Positions 31,664 to 46,629 of a DNA stretch of 64,000 nucleotides are shown here, piece after piece. Source of the DNA: the human T2T-CHM13v2.0 reference genome, Homo sapiens; assembly GCF_009914755.1 (NCBI RefSeq), contig NC_060931.1; one strand, written 5' to 3'. A model generated the notes under the pieces. It saw only the letters and a program-made list of their open reading frames with translations. It had not been told where the DNA came from and made no database searches. The position numbers and the translations under genes were made by a program. Position 1 is the first letter of the stretch; each line of letters starts with the position of its first letter.

Positions 31664-32591
31664 AGAAACTGTTAAAAATTGAAAAGATAGCCTTGTTTTC
31701 ATCTTGCAAAGAAAATCAGTACAGAAAACTATTAATAGTTTTGCCATATTAGAATGAAAGCTGCTTTCTTGGTTTTGACCTTTAGTTTTTTTTGTTTTTT
31801 GATAATGCCGTTTTTATTTAACCAGCCTTCATTTTTATTATTATAATTATTATAAAAGTAATGCAGTTCACATGATCAATAAAGCAAAACTCAAATAACA
31901 TAGAATGCTATAAAATGAAAAGTACTTCTGCCAAAGTAGCAAACTGACACAGGCTGCTGATTCCCTTCCCCAGAATCAACCCAGAGAAATAAAATTGAGA
32001 GCAGCTGGATTCCAGAAACTCCTTAAATAAGACTGAAGGCTCACTCTCCCCCAGATTACCCTTCAGTTAATTTTTACCCTTTCACTATAGAAACTAGCAG
32101 CGGTAGCCTAGCCCACTAGTGTCAGAATTCGGTGGGCAAACATTATGTCAGTGCAGAAACCCTGCTGGAGTTCAGAGTTGATGAAAACATGTGGACTGAC
32201 CATCTGTTCTCAATAGTTCATTTCTTCTTCTCTTCTCCCTTTGTCCAGGGAGACTGCCTTCTCCTTCCTCTTTAAACCCTTGCCTGAAGGGTTTAAAGGT
32301 ACAAAACTGTTGCATAGGGGCGTGATCATATATGAACATGATTCTTGGTTCTTTGTGCTTATGCTTCAGAACCCTATGACTTTTCCTCTCTATTTTCCTT
32401 AATCTCTACCAGTTAAGGCCTGGCCTTTGAGTCCTCTCCAATATATCTTACCAGAAAGAAGAGCTGATTCCCTGAAAAACATTACCTTGCATACTGATAT
32501 AACTAGACAGTTGAGGACTACAACTGTCTCAAAAAAAAAAAATGAGTAAACTTATACATGATGTAAAGCAGAATTATTAAAACAGATGAAC

Positions 32592-32886
<295 letters not shown>

Positions 32887-33228
32887 GATGAACCAAGAAT
32901 TTAAAATAAGCATGATGAATACACTTAAAGATGTAAGAGAACACACTAGTAATATGAAATAAGATCCAAACATTATAAAAACAGAACCATACGGAAATAG
33001 TAGATATGAAAAATATAATGAAAATGAAGACTACAACAAATGTAAGTAGGATGGTATGAGTGAATTAATCAGTTGGAAGATTAGCAAGAGCACTCTTCCA
33101 GGAAAAAGCGAGGGAAAAAAGATAAAGAAATAGAAAATAGAGTAGAGAAACTAAGAAAGATAGAGAATTGTTGTACAAGTGCCAACATCTTAAAAGGAAT
33201 TCCAGAAGGAAAGAAAAATAAAAATTTA

Positions 33229-33521
33229 AGCCCGGGCACGGGGGCTCACACCTGTAATCCCAGCACTTTGGGAGGCCAAGATGGGTGAATCACCTGAGGT
33301 CAGGAGTTCAAGACCAGCCTGACCAACATATTGAAATGCTGTCTCTACTAAAAATACAAAAATTAGCCAGGCTTGGCGGCGCATGTCTGTAATCCCAGCT
33401 ACTTGGGAGGCTGAGGTAGGAGAATTGCTTAAACCCACAGGCGGAGATTGCAGTGAGCTGAGATCGTGCCACTGGACTCCAGCCTGGGCAACAAGAGTGA
33501 AACTCCATCTCAAAAAAAAAA
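33229..33521 (+). mobile_element. AluS
   Basis: Full dimer. Confidence 0.9.
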
Positions 33522-34199
33522 TGTAGGTGAAATAATTGTAGAAATAATGGAGATACATTTCTTAAAATTCAAAAATGGTGAAAGACTTCAGATTGGCGAA
33601 AGAGCTCATAGTGTACCAAATAGAACAAATAAGGGAAAGCGTTATACCTAAGCAGATTAAAGTAGAATTAAGAATAGCAGAGAGAAAATTCTGAAAGATT
33701 TCAGAGAGAAAAAGCAGATGACCTGTAAGGGAACAAGAAGATAGACATTTGACAGTTGAACAGCAATGTAGAATGAGAAAAAACGATAAAGTTTAAAAGT
33801 AGCCAAGAAAAACAACTTTGAATCAAGAAATTTAAATCTTCCTAACTTTGAGATGTGAGGGTGACATAAAATATTCTCAGGCATATTTGCCTTAGCACAT
33901 TTGCCGTATAGATACCCACAGTAGAAACCCATTTGGGAGCAGGACTCAATGAAAACTAAATCTAAGAAATGCTAGAAGTATGTGATAAATGATGATCAAA
34001 ATTTGTTGTTGCCTGAAGAAAAACACTAGGACCAATATTCTAGGTCAAGGAACCATGGCGGAAAGGGAAAATTGGACACTATATAAATTCAGGTATTGTG
34101 ATTAGAATATAGAGAAGAAACTATTCTATATTATTAACACTAAAATGTCATATACAAGGCTCAAGAGTTAATGGATCTTGATTTTCTTTCTAACTTCCT

Positions 34200-35930
34200 T
34201 TTCCTGTGTCATGTATCAGTGCCACCGTCTCTTATATCTCATGCCATCTTCTTTCTTGGATTCCTTTTTTTGTTTTGTTGGAATATCTCCTTAAAGAAGT
34301 TTATATACATATATATATATATGTAGTCATATGTATGAACTTTAAAATTCTCTTATTTTGCCCTCGTTAAGATTGCTAGTTTAACTGGAAATGGAAAGTT
34401 AGTTCCATATCTTTTTATACTTCTCAGAATTTTAAAGTTGTTATTCCATTGTATTCTAGCATTCATTGTTACTGATAAGTTGTAGGGCCAAAAGAGTTGT
34501 GATACTTTTCCTCAACCCTTTTAAGAGTCATGGTTTGACACTCCTATAATAAAAGACAGGTTAACAAAAGAAAGCATAACAAATTGATTTAATCAAAGTT
34601 TTACGTGGCATGTGAGCCTTCAGAAGAAATGACCCAAAGATACGGGGAAAACTGTCCATTTTTTTGCTAAGATTTAATGAAGAATGAACAGCTGGTTAGA
34701 AATATGATTGGGTAAAAGGCTATGATTTAATGCAGGTAGACTGAGGTGGGGAAACCCAACAAGGCCCGTCTGTTCAGATTCTTCTTGGCCCCTCTGTGTA
34801 GTACTTCTTCCTCCTGGGAATGGGGCAGGACCCTGCTACAGCAAGGGTCTTGTGACCTACTATCAGACAAGGGTAGATCACAGAATTTCTTTATGGCGAG
34901 CTCCTAGACAGAAAGGCAGAGGAAAGTTGGATCAGTAATTCTAGTTTTTAGAATTTAAAAGTCTAGGCTGACTTTGGGAAAAAGAGGTTCTAGTTTTTAT
35001 GACCCACCTTGAGGAAGAGGAATTCTGATTTGATGACTCACTTCTAGGGAGAATGAGGGAAGACAGGCAGGAGGGCAGAAGAAGGTGAGAAAGAACTTGG
35101 TTCTGAAGCTGTTCTGAGGCCTTCCAGTGTTCTTTAGTTCAAAGTACTTAGCATGCCAGAGTGTTTGTGTTCTGAGCCCCTGACAAGGTCTAATGTTAGT
35201 TTGATTTTTATTCCTCTGTATATAATAATCTGCTGTTTCCTTCTTGGGAAGCTTTTAGAATTTTTCTTTTCTTCGAGTTTTAACATTTCATATTAAGGTG
35301 GAGATGTACATCTATATATCTACATGCCATCTTTTTAAAAAAAAAACAACATAGATATATGTGTGCACCATCTTTTTAAATTAAACATGCCTAGCTTGCA
35401 GTGGGCTCTCTCAAACAGGACACCCAGTTCAGGGAAACTTTATTTTTTCTTCTACATTATTTCTTCTTTCCTTCTGGTCTTTTTTTCAGATAATTTGGCT
35501 TCGATGGGTATATCCTCTGTGTCCTTTAACTTTTCCCTCATAATTTCTATCTTTTTGCTGTTTATTCTGGTGATTTGTCAGTTTTATCTAGAGACCACTG
35601 ACTTTGTTTCTAACTATGTCTGTAGTTTCATTCTGTCATTTGAATTTTTTGGTCATAGTTTCACTTTTTAGTATCTTTTCATAGTCCCTGCTCCTTTTTA
35701 TGGCAGCTTATTCTTGTTTTGCACATGAAATATTCTCTTTAATCTCCTCAAGGATACTCATAGGGTTTTTTTTCCCCCAAGTTATGTTCTTTTCTGTGAT
35801 TTGTCTTTTCCTGGTTGTTCTATTTGTTCATCTAGGTCCCTCTCTTTTACACTGTTAATTTTTTTCCTCCTGTCTATAATTCATGTCTAAACTTTAACAT
35901 TTATGAATAAAGGACTGTATCAATTAAGAA
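34200..35930 (-). mobile_element. HAL1/L1M ORF1-like fossil (antisense), split by an LTR
   Basis: 'ttctagcattcattgttactgat|aagt|ctaatgttagtttgatt' continues across the LTR. Confidence 0.55.
34481..35185 (-). mobile_element. MER39-like ERV1 solo LTR
   Basis: TG...CA termini; reverse complement begins TGTCAGGGGCTCAGAA...GGCATGCTAAGTACTTTGAACT; 4-bp TSD aagt/aggt. Confidence 0.75.
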
Positions 35931-36447
35931 AGGTAGTTAACAGCAGTTTCTTTTACAGTGTGTAGGTCTCTTTTTCCAGTAGGTTTCTCTCATAAATGAG
36001 ACACTGATCAAGGTCTTGTATAAGTGCACAGCACATACTGTCAACCAAGCTTTCCTATAGAATGCGTAAGCTGAGAATAGGCACACAAGTTGGGAACATA
36101 TATGATTAACAAAGTAAAGATTGGGAGTTACTTTAAGCTCTGCTCTCATTCTTATTTACGCCCCTATGTCCTTATTAGAAGCTCTCCACAGAAGCCTTCC
36201 TCACAATCTACTTCTTCTCTTTGTATCCGATGACTTATTTGGAAGTTTTTCATCTTTTATCTCTGGTGAGTTACAGGCTCTGGTAATAATTGTAGGTGAA
36301 AACAGCCGTAGACAACATGTAAATGAATGGACATTGCCTGATTTGACCCTGAGCAGGGCAGATCAAGCCATAGTTTGCCAAGCCATGTTATAAAATTTTT
36401 AATTCAAAGGCTCACTATTAAGACAAAATAGAATAATGAAATTTAAA

Positions 36448-36547
36448 TGCAATAAATTTAGGCAGTTATACCCTTCACTTCTACCACTTACGAAAGTAAT
36501 TCCAGTTCTTTACTGTTTTTATCTTCCAAAGTTATCTGAGGAGCAGA
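36448..36547 (+). repeat. Local duplication, copy 1
   Basis: ~90% identical to 40887-40985. Confidence 0.9.
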
Positions 36548-36603
36548 GGTCAGAACCTGAGCACATCACTTCTGAAAATTTACCATGCCTTATTAAGAAA
36601 ATA

Positions 36604-36931
36604 CAATTGTCCCTTGGCATCCTTGAGGGACTGGTTCCAGGACCTCTCTTGGATACCAGAATCCTCAGATGCTCAAGTCCGTGATATGGTGTAACCTACG
36701 CACATTCCCTCCTATACTTTAAGTCATTTCTAGGTTACTTATAATACCTGATACAATGTAAATAGTTGTTATAAGGAATAATGACAAGAAAAAAAGTCTG
36801 TATGTCTTCAATACAGATGCAACCATTTATGGGTTTTGTTTTTTGTTTGCGGTTTTTTTTTTTTTAATACTTTAAATTTGTAGTGGTTTGAATCCTTGAA
36901 CATAGAACCCAGGGATATGGAGGTTCGACTG
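36604..36931. mobile_element. MER2 (TcMar-Tigger) element
   Basis: TA|caattgtcccttggcatc...gatatggaggttcgactg|TA; 'ggttccaggacc', 'gatgctcaagtcc'. Confidence 0.8.
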
Positions 36932-37619
36932 TACCAGACTTTACATACACTAAAGACTGTGGCATGAGGGTGTAGGCTATTATTAAGATCAGGTTGATAT
37001 ATGTGTGTGTATAAATATAAATATTGTGTATGTATGTATACAAATTGTATGGTGTGTGTGTGTGTGTATAATTTTATAATATAGTTACTGTGAAATGCAT
37101 TTGGATAGTCTTTAAAATGTCCCAAATTTGTTGAATAAGAATGTAAAAGGACATGAATTTAAGGTAGACTAGGAAAAAATAAATACTGGATTATTTGGTC
37201 CCACTAAAGTAGATAAAGAAGACCAAGATCAATATGGCTGGCATCTCCTGCAATACATAGTATTCTAGGTTGACGTAAATATTTCACTTCAATCTGATAT
37301 TTGTTTAGCTTTTTGAGCACATGATAATTGTTCATGGGTAAAAGAAATGTTAAAACAATGACATTGTTTTAGATCATGACAATTATGTTGTGAAGTAGCT
37401 GAGTTCATAATATGCACTTTATGTATATGAAATTATATTTCAAACATTTTCAAATAAGAATAAGAAAATTTGTCATTTGCCATATCAGTGTTTTACAGAT
37501 TATTGGGTAATGCAAAGTGATCATCATTTATTTAATAGATTTCTTATAAAAATACAGCATTATTAACTTTGGGGAGTTTAAGCCACTCAAGGAAACAAAA
37601 TGGCATATTATACCCCAGA

Positions 37620-37925
37620 ATTTTTATTTATTTATTTATTTGCTTTAGAGACAGAGTCTTACTCTGTCACTCAGGCTGAAGTACAATGGCATGATAATAG
37701 CTCACGGCAGTTTCCAACTCTGGGCTCAAGGGATCCTCCCACCTCAGCCTCCCAGATAGCTAGAACTACATGTGCACACCACCACACTTGGCTGATTTTT
37801 AGTTTTCATAGAGACAGGGTCTCACTATGTTGCCCAGGCTGGTCTTGAGGTCATGGCCTCATATGATCCTCCCACCTTGACCTCCCAAAGCACTGATATT
37901 ACATGCACGAGCCACTGCACCTGGC
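37620..37925 (-). mobile_element. AluJ
   Basis: J diagnostics; (TTTA)n tail. Confidence 0.85.
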
Positions 37926-38438
37926 CCAGAATATTAAATTTTATTTTTGGAAGTTATTATATGTGATGAACAGATATTTTAAATGACTCTGACCTTATTA
38001 AGCAACGCTGCGTTTTACCTTTTATCAAATTTTTTTTCCCAGGTCAAGATTTGAATATTTAATCTCTACTATCAAATTAGAACTGTCCCAGATAATAAAT
38101 CAGTTAATTAAAGCATTATCCTTTCCTTCCTTATGTAAAAATGATTATATTGCATACCTCTTTCTGCTTCTTTTTTCCCTGTAGCTGGCAATTGACATTT
38201 CCTTTAGTCTTTCCACAAATCATTTAGTAATTGTTATATTCAGGCACTATTCTAGACACTGGGAACAAAATAGTGAACAAAACAGCCTCTTTCCTTGTGG
38301 AGCTCATAGAGTAAGGAGAAGGCAATATATAATTGTTTATTGTTTAGTTAAAAAGTTATGTAGTGTGTTAGAAGTTAAGTATGTGGACACATAAAGCAGA
38401 ATAAAGGTGTATTGATCTTTTCAAGAGAAACTAGTAGG

Positions 38439-38759
38439 GGCTGGATGTGGTGGCTCACCTGTAACACCAGCACTTTGGGAAGATGAGGCAGGAATATTGC
38501 TTAAGGCCAGGAGTTTGAGACCAGCCTGGGCAACATAGCAAGACCCCATCTCTACAAAAAATAAAAAAATTAGCTGAGTGTGGTGGTGCATGCTTGTAGT
38601 CCCAGCTACTTGGGAGGCTGGGGCAGGAGGATCCTTTGAGCCCAGGAGTTCTAGGCTGCAGTGAGTCATGGTTGTGCCTCACTGCACTTCAGCTTGGGCA
38701 ACAGAGTGAAATGCTGTTCTTTAAAAAAAGAAAGAAAAGAAAGGAAGGAAGGAAGGAAA
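38439..38759 (+). mobile_element. AluJ with (GGAA)n tail ending ~55 nt before exon 13
   Basis: J diagnostics. Confidence 0.88.
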
Positions 38760-38806
38760 TACTAATCTATCTAATGTGAATATTTTCATCTTATTTTTTT
38801 CTTTAA

Positions 38807-38962
<156 letters not shown>

Positions 38963-39864
38963 TAAGGAACTCTTGTCTCTGCTGCAATCCCAATGTAATA
39001 ATTATTTGAGGTTGTTGGTTTATTCAAAAAAGAGAGAAATGAGAGTATTACGTTAATTTGTGACATTGTATATTTAAAAGTCAGTATTGGAAAAAAATCA
39101 ATATCGGTACCTATGTATACAATGATGTTCAGTGAATGGATTTTACCTCTGTGTTTTTCAAGTAGTAGATGGTTCCTGGCCTGGGACTCAAGAGAATTGT
39201 ATTTTAGTCTAGGTTCCGTTCTCAAGTAGATGTGTGAACTTGAGAACAGTGCTGTTTCTTTAATGTTCCCAGATCTTAGTTTTCATAAAACGAAGAGGCT
39301 TGACTATAGCAAGGAGGGGACAGTATTACTTAGCATTTCCAAACCATGACTTTTGTGTCATAGAGCATCCCACAGAACTGGTGCTGCACATTTTGCTTTG
39401 GGAAAACATGGATCCAGCTCTGACATTCTGTGATTGCTCCATAAGTGAATATTGTGCAGAACAGAAGCACTTCAGAGAGCTTCTCCATTCATAATGGGGA
39501 ATAGTGCTCTGCAGCTAAGGAATTTATTATTTTCTAAATAGGACATTTATTTACAGTCAAATGACAGCAATGTATACTGTACATTTTTATTGTGCATACA
39601 TAGACAAGATAGCATCTCTTTCAGTCTTTAGTTTGAGCTTTCATGTATGCTGTTTGTATTTCATAACAAAAAGTAGGATATGTGAGCTATTTACTGGACA
39701 TCAAAAGAACTTTAGAACTCAGTTCTAACAAATTCCGATTGTTTTATGAATAACTAGAACTTTAAGATACGATGTGAACGCATTTCTAAAATTTTTTGTT
39801 AGTAATTAGACATGCAGTTAATTTGCTTGCTACAGTTGTATTATCTTTGCTGCTAATTCTCTAG

Positions 39865-40011
<147 letters not shown>

Positions 40012-40886
40012 TAACTACATTGACCTGTAAACTTTCCATGGCCTACTATCTGAAACAATCCCCAAATATATCTTTGATTGTTTTAAATTGGATTTGAGTA
40101 AAAAGTTAAAATACATAGTAGACATTCAATAGAATAACAAACACCCAATATCACTTCTCCCTAAAATTCCTTAAGAGAATAAGCATTTTTACGTAGTCTG
40201 TAATTCTTGGTACTTTTCCTTTTTTGAAAATAGTCAGTGGCAGCTTCTTAGCTGTATAGATCTAGATACATGACATAGCCTATTGTTTCTACAATGTGAC
40301 TATCCAAGTAAAATATGTACAGTTGTCAGCATTTAGGTACCTTGTTCCGTGATATAACATGGTTTTTGGTTTTAGATTTTCCTATTGTGTGCGAAGTCTT
40401 TTTAATCTTAATTTTCCTGATATACTAGTGATACCTCTTTTAAATCAGCCTTGTGAAATGGTCCTCTGTTGTGAATTTTTAGTGTCATAGTGTTGAGAGT
40501 TCTTTCTTTATTTCTGTCTTAAACTTAACCATGTACTTAAGTGATTGGACTTAGATTACATAGTAAATTACTGACAGAGACCAATTCTTTCTGTTAAGCC
40601 ATGGATGATTTATTTAAATTCTACGCAATACACTTTGAGACCTTTAGGTAAAAGATAACATGGGAGTGAGTAAAAGCCCTTTCTTTTATAACCTCTCAAT
40701 TTAAGGAGTAAATGAATTTCCATCCATAGGATAGAGATAATAACTATTATATAACACCAATGAATATAAATGTTTTTAAAATTTTAGGAAATATTTAAAT
40801 TTAAATTTAATAAATGTATACACTAATTGTAATTAAAATATTTAAATATTTAAATGCTTTTGTATACATACAGAAAAACATTCAAG

Positions 40887-40985
40887 TGCAATAAATTTAG
40901 GCAGTTATACCTCTCACTTCTACCACTTACGAAAGTGATTGCGTTTCTTCACTGTTTTGTCTTCCAAAGTTATCTGAGGAACAGA
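40887..40985 (+). repeat. Local duplication, copy 2
   Basis: ~90% identical to 36448-36547. Confidence 0.9.
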
Positions 40986-41130
40986 TAATTGATTAATGTA
41001 ATAGTGAAATCATTATAAATTCCTTTTGCATTTCATTTTTGGTATTGAATTATGGAATAATGTTTTTAATGTTATTTCACAAATTATATGTGCCATTTAA
41101 TATTTGGCATTTCAGTTAAAGCAAAATTAA

Positions 41131-41435
<305 letters not shown>

Positions 41436-41872
41436 TAAAATTTTTTTAAAGTTTCTAGTTGACCTGTTGACTGTTAACTTTTAGTGATTCAGCATTTATG
41501 TCAGAATTTTTAAGATATTTGTTATATGATCAATATTGTGATTAATTTTATCCCCATTATTTGTTGTCCTCAGCAAATAATATCTTGGATTAACTTCTTC
41601 CTATCATTGTTTTTGTTTCATACCTTCCACTGTCATTGTAGTTATGGTAATATAACTCACTTTGGCATATGTGCAGTTTTTTAAAGTAGCCATGGTGCTT
41701 TAAAGCAAAATAGAAATGAGAAAAATCAAGAGAAGCTTTTGGTAAAAATGCAGTATAATTTTTAATTTTTTTATTTGAATGGGCTCAGGAAGTTAACCTG
41801 TTATGCACTGCTACTAGAATATCTTGGGTATGCATGCATTTTTAAAAATCTGGCTTATTTTGCTTATTATAG

Positions 41873-42043
<171 letters not shown>

Positions 42044-42486
42044 TAACATTATCAGCTATATTTCTCTTGGCAAATTTAATAATGAGACAGTGTAAATACT
42101 ATGAAGATCATGAATTTTGTAAATGCCCTGTTATTCCACTTATTTTTGCTTTCGTTTTTCAAAAGAAGATACAAAATACAGATATTGATGCTAAAAATTT
42201 ATAAATACAGAACAAGTGAAATTTTGCAGCTGTTAAAAAAATGGAAAATAATTTCTGTGAAGGTGACATGCCTACATTGAAGTAACTAAAAGCTAACTAC
42301 AAATTAGATCAGTTCTAACTTAATGACACGTGCCTGAGCTTTTGATAACTCTCTTAACTGTGAATGTAGTGATATAGTTGACTATACCATATCTTCCTAA
42401 TTTGATGTGTCACAATACAATTTCAAAGCTTGTAGTTTTATGTCACCTTTATTATTAAATTGCAAAATCATTTAATCAAACATTTT

Positions 42487-42546
42487 CATATATATACATA
42501 TACACACACACACACACACACGCGCGCGCGCGCACACACGCACGCA
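42487..42546. repeat. (TA)n(CA)n(CG)6(CA/CG)n alternating pyrimidine-purine tract
   Basis: Read directly; 60 bp uninterrupted YR. Confidence 0.95.
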
Positions 42547-42666
42547 GGCACCCTGAGTCATGTTTGATTTTTAGCCTAGAAGGTAATAAACTACTAAAAA
42601 ATGCAGAAAAGGATTTCTCTTCTTTTGGTTACTGTAGTGTTATATGGTAATAAAAATTTGCTTTAG

Positions 42667-42785
42667 GGCCAGGTGCAGTGGCTCATGCTTATAATCCCAG
42701 CACTTTGGGAGGCAGAAGTAAGAGGATTGCCTGAGGCCAGGATTTCAAGACCAGACTGTCAATTACTTTATGCTAGACCCTGTAT
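42667..42785 (+). mobile_element. Alu left monomer (FLAM/AluJ)
   Basis: ggccaggtgcagtggctcatg...; degenerate 3' end. Confidence 0.75.
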
Positions 42786-42869
42786 ATTATTCTGTGACAG
42801 AGCCAGGATTTGAGCCTGAGCGTTCTGACTCCAGAGTTCACCGCTTAACCCTCATATATACATACGTAT

Positions 42870-43830
42870 CAATGAAGAAAATGAACAAAAATCTGCCCTC
42901 AAGTGTCCGTTCTTAAGAAGGGAGACTAACAATAAACATAATAAGGAATTTATATTACATGTTAGATGGTAAGTACAATGAAAAGAAACAGATTGAGTTA
43001 TTGTTTGTACAGGTGAGGGGGGTGGGAATATAGTTTTAAATGAGAATATCAGGATAGACTGCACAGTGAAGATGGCATTTGAATAGAAACTTAAGGGACA
43101 AAAGGGACTGAATCATATAGCTGTCTGGTGGGGTGGGGAGTGTTCTAGATAGGTAATAGTCAAGGCTCTGAAGTTAAAAAGATGCCTGAATAATTTGAGA
43201 AGTGAATTGAGAAGAAGTGTGGTGGAAGTAGAATGAGTGAGTTGATTGTGGTAGGAAATGAGGTTGAAAGGACTAGGAAAGGGACAGCTTGTAAAGGGCC
43301 GTCAGCTTTTACTCTTAGGGGAGATTGAAAGATTTTAAGTAGAGGAGTAACACATTCAGGCTTGTATTTTATAAAAATCATTCTGCATGTTCTTCCCGAA
43401 GAACTGGGTAAAACTCGTGGCTGCTTTCCCTCAGGTGGGGAATTCTTCAGAAACAACGGGTTTATGTGTTGGAAAAGATTAGTTCAATTTGGGGCACTTT
43501 AGGTTTGAGAAGTCTGTGAGAGATGCAGGCGGAGACCATCTGAACATTTGGTGAAAAGACTTGGCCTGACATTACAGTTGTGAGTCATGGGAGAAGGAGC
43601 TTGCTCAGGGTGAGCAAGAAGAGTGAAGGGTTGCTGGGTATTCTCTGAGGACCACCACCATTTGAGGGACAGGCAGAGGAAGAGACACTCCACAAGAGAT
43701 CAAGAAGGCATCTTAACATTCCGGATAAACTTTGAAGATTGTGCCAACAGAATTTCTTGATGGATTTGATATGGGTATGAGAGAAAGAAAGCAGTCGAGG
43801 ATGACTCTTAGGGCATCTTGAAAATCTTGT
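42870..43830 (-). mobile_element. L2a fragments
   Basis: 'gaagatggcatttgaatagaaact', 'gaaagattttaagtagaggag', 'ttgatggatttgatatgggtatgagagaaaga'. Confidence 0.65.
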
Positions 43831-44452
43831 CAACTACTAATTCAGACAATAAAAGGCTTATTTTAGACCTTTTTCTCTACCAAGCTGTTAGATAAATTCA
43901 AGAATTTGAGGGACATCGCTACATTATAGACAGAATAGAAGAAGTTTGTGTCTATGAATTGGGTAGAACACAGAAATTGCCTTTTTAATTCAAATGTTAT
44001 GCAGATTTATTTTTTTATAATACGGGAGCTTGTACTACACTGTTAGACTGGCTTATTTTTGTTTTGTTCGTAATGGAAAATAAATATTCTGTTTAGTTAG
44101 AATATAAATTTAGAAGGAGGGAAAGAAGTATATTGTGTGCCAAGTAGGTACCTCCTTGTTTCTTACTGATGTCACTTGATATAATAAATAAAATACCACT
44201 ATTATTTTTTCATACGACATTCAGGTTTCCAAACTTGATGATTTGAGGGTAGAAATGGGCAAAAAAAATTGTTATAGGATTAATTTCTGTTAATTTAGGA
44301 ACAGGGCAGAACTGTTGATTAAAATACGATTCTAGGCTGCAGACACAAGTCTGTGATAAGTTCTTGCTGGCCAAAAATAGCTTAGAAAATGAAGATGGAG
44401 AACATAACTTTCAGGACACTGATCTCTTTACTGGATATAGGACTGTGGGTGT

Positions 44453-45080
44453 GTGTTGGTTAGGTTATTTCAGGTTGTAAAGGATAATAACATGCTTTGG
44501 ATACCTCAGCTGAAAAAGAATTTATTATTAGATTATTCAGGGAATTAAGGCACCTTCTCAGCATTTGAACGGTGAAACTGGATGGAGAATTGTTTAGGAT
44601 ACTGGAACAATTCTAGTAGCCAGGTGCTACTGTAGCTTTTCCTTGTACCTCTGTCTGCTTCTTTCTCCATCTGCTTGTCCTGTCCTACTGACTACTGCTG
44701 ACTTTCTCCCAACCTTGTGGCCTAGATAGATAGATAGATTGATTAGATAGATGCATAGATAGATAGGTAGATAGATAGATAGAGGCATAGAAAGATAGAT
44801 GGATGGATGGATGGATGGATGGCCGGCCGGCCAGACGGACGGACGGACAGACAGAATCTGCCATCTCATGGCTTCTGTTTACTGCCTTCTCTATTTCTGT
44901 CTGCTCTTTACATGTCCTTATGTGTCTCACATTCAGATTATCAAAGAGAAAGAATCTTCTTAGAAAGCATTTCCTGGGGAGAGTGTCCCTATTAGGAAGA
45001 ATTCTGCCAAACTACTTTATAAACTGCTAATCAAAGCGTGGGTGCCAAAACCTTGGTCTAATCTAATCTGTTGTGGACAA
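44453..45080 (-). mobile_element. Old MLT1-type LTR hosting an STR
   Basis: 'tgttggttagg...ggttgtaaagga...aaaagaatttatt' MaLR terminus. Confidence 0.45.
44723..44855. repeat. Compound tetranucleotide STR (TAGA)n(TGGA)n(GGCC)3(GGAC)n(AGAC)n
   Basis: Read directly. Confidence 0.93.
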
Positions 45081-45478
45081 GATGGTAAAGTAACATGGTC
45101 TTTACCTAAAGGACTCTCATCTGAAGGCTGTAAGCCTGGCTGTCACTCTTAGGGTACTGCCTGGTACAAGAGAGCTGTAATATTTTGCTAGTCTTTGTCC
45201 CTGCGTGAAGTACAGAAACCCTGTCACCAAGGATGCCATCAACCTGAACACCATCGTGAAAGGCTCTTCATCATCTTTCCTACTCAAAGAAAATTCATCT
45301 TTTCCTTGTCTGTATATTTTGAAAAGTATACCAACGTATTAGAAATAAACCTGTATGTAATTATGGTATAACAGAGACGTTATCTTTTTCAAATAGATAT
45401 ATAGATATAGATACTTATAGATTTTTGTTGTTGTTTAGGAGAACTCATCCAGATTCATTCTCTGCACCTCAGTTTTGC

Positions 45479-45762
45479 TTTTTTTTTTTTTGAGACAGGA
45501 TCTCGTTCTGTCATCCAGGCTGGAGTGCAGTGGTACAATCATGGCTCACTACACCCTTGACCTCCCAGGCTCAAGCAGTCCTCCCACCTTAGACTCTCGA
45601 GTAGCTGGGACTGTAGGCATGTGCCACCGCACCTGGCTAATTTTTGTAGAGATGGGGTTTTGCCATGTTGGCCAAGCTGGTTTCAAACTCCTGGACTCAA
45701 GCAGTCCACCCACCTTGACTTCCCAAAGTGTTGGGATTACAGGCATGAGCCACAGCACCCTG
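45479..45762 (-). mobile_element. AluJ inserted in a MIR
   Basis: MIR 'tctctgcacctcagttt...gtgagaatagatgaagtgatacatgtaaaa' flanks it. Confidence 0.85.
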
Positions 45763-46416
45763 TTTTTTTGTTTTTTTTGTGTGATAAACGATGATAAAAT
45801 AGATCATCATCATTGCATTATTGTGAGAATAGATGAAGTGATACATGTAAAATACTTGATACAATGTCTAGCATATTACAAATGCTTGATAAGTGGTTGC
45901 TGCAGTTGTTTTTACTGACTGAGACATGGACATAATCTCATTAAAAGTAATCAGTGTTAATGATATTCATTTAAAAATACCCTGCTTATTTCAGTTTCCA
46001 AGGTATCTGTTAAGCATCTCCATTAGAAAATACACAAATCTAAGCAAGTGTTTTTATTTTTATGTCTACTTGTTTTGGATGAAACACATTGGGATTTTCT
46101 GAAGTTCTGTTTTATAAAATACGTAGTATATTCACTTTGTTTGGTAGTTGGTTTAGTGCTACCTTGTAGTTTTAAGAGAAGATAGGAAATGCTCCTACCC
46201 AGTCTCTAGCACCACAGCTGCCTGTGACCACCTGGCATTACCATTACATTTCCAAGAACTCCACAACTACACTATCTACCTGGCAGTATTGTTAATTCTG
46301 GATTCCTAAACTGACATTTTCTAAATATCCAGAACAACTCCTCATACTCAGTATAACAGTGTATTTTATTCCAGGTCTGAAAGACATTTCTGATATTTTC
46401 TCATAACTCCAGATAA

Positions 46417-46629
<213 letters not shown>

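Noticed and set aside
36448-36547. C/D-box snoRNA call for the duplicated segment
   Set aside because: CTGA is present near the 3' end but there is no RTGATGA C box or terminal stem in either copy; kept only as an unexplained duplication.
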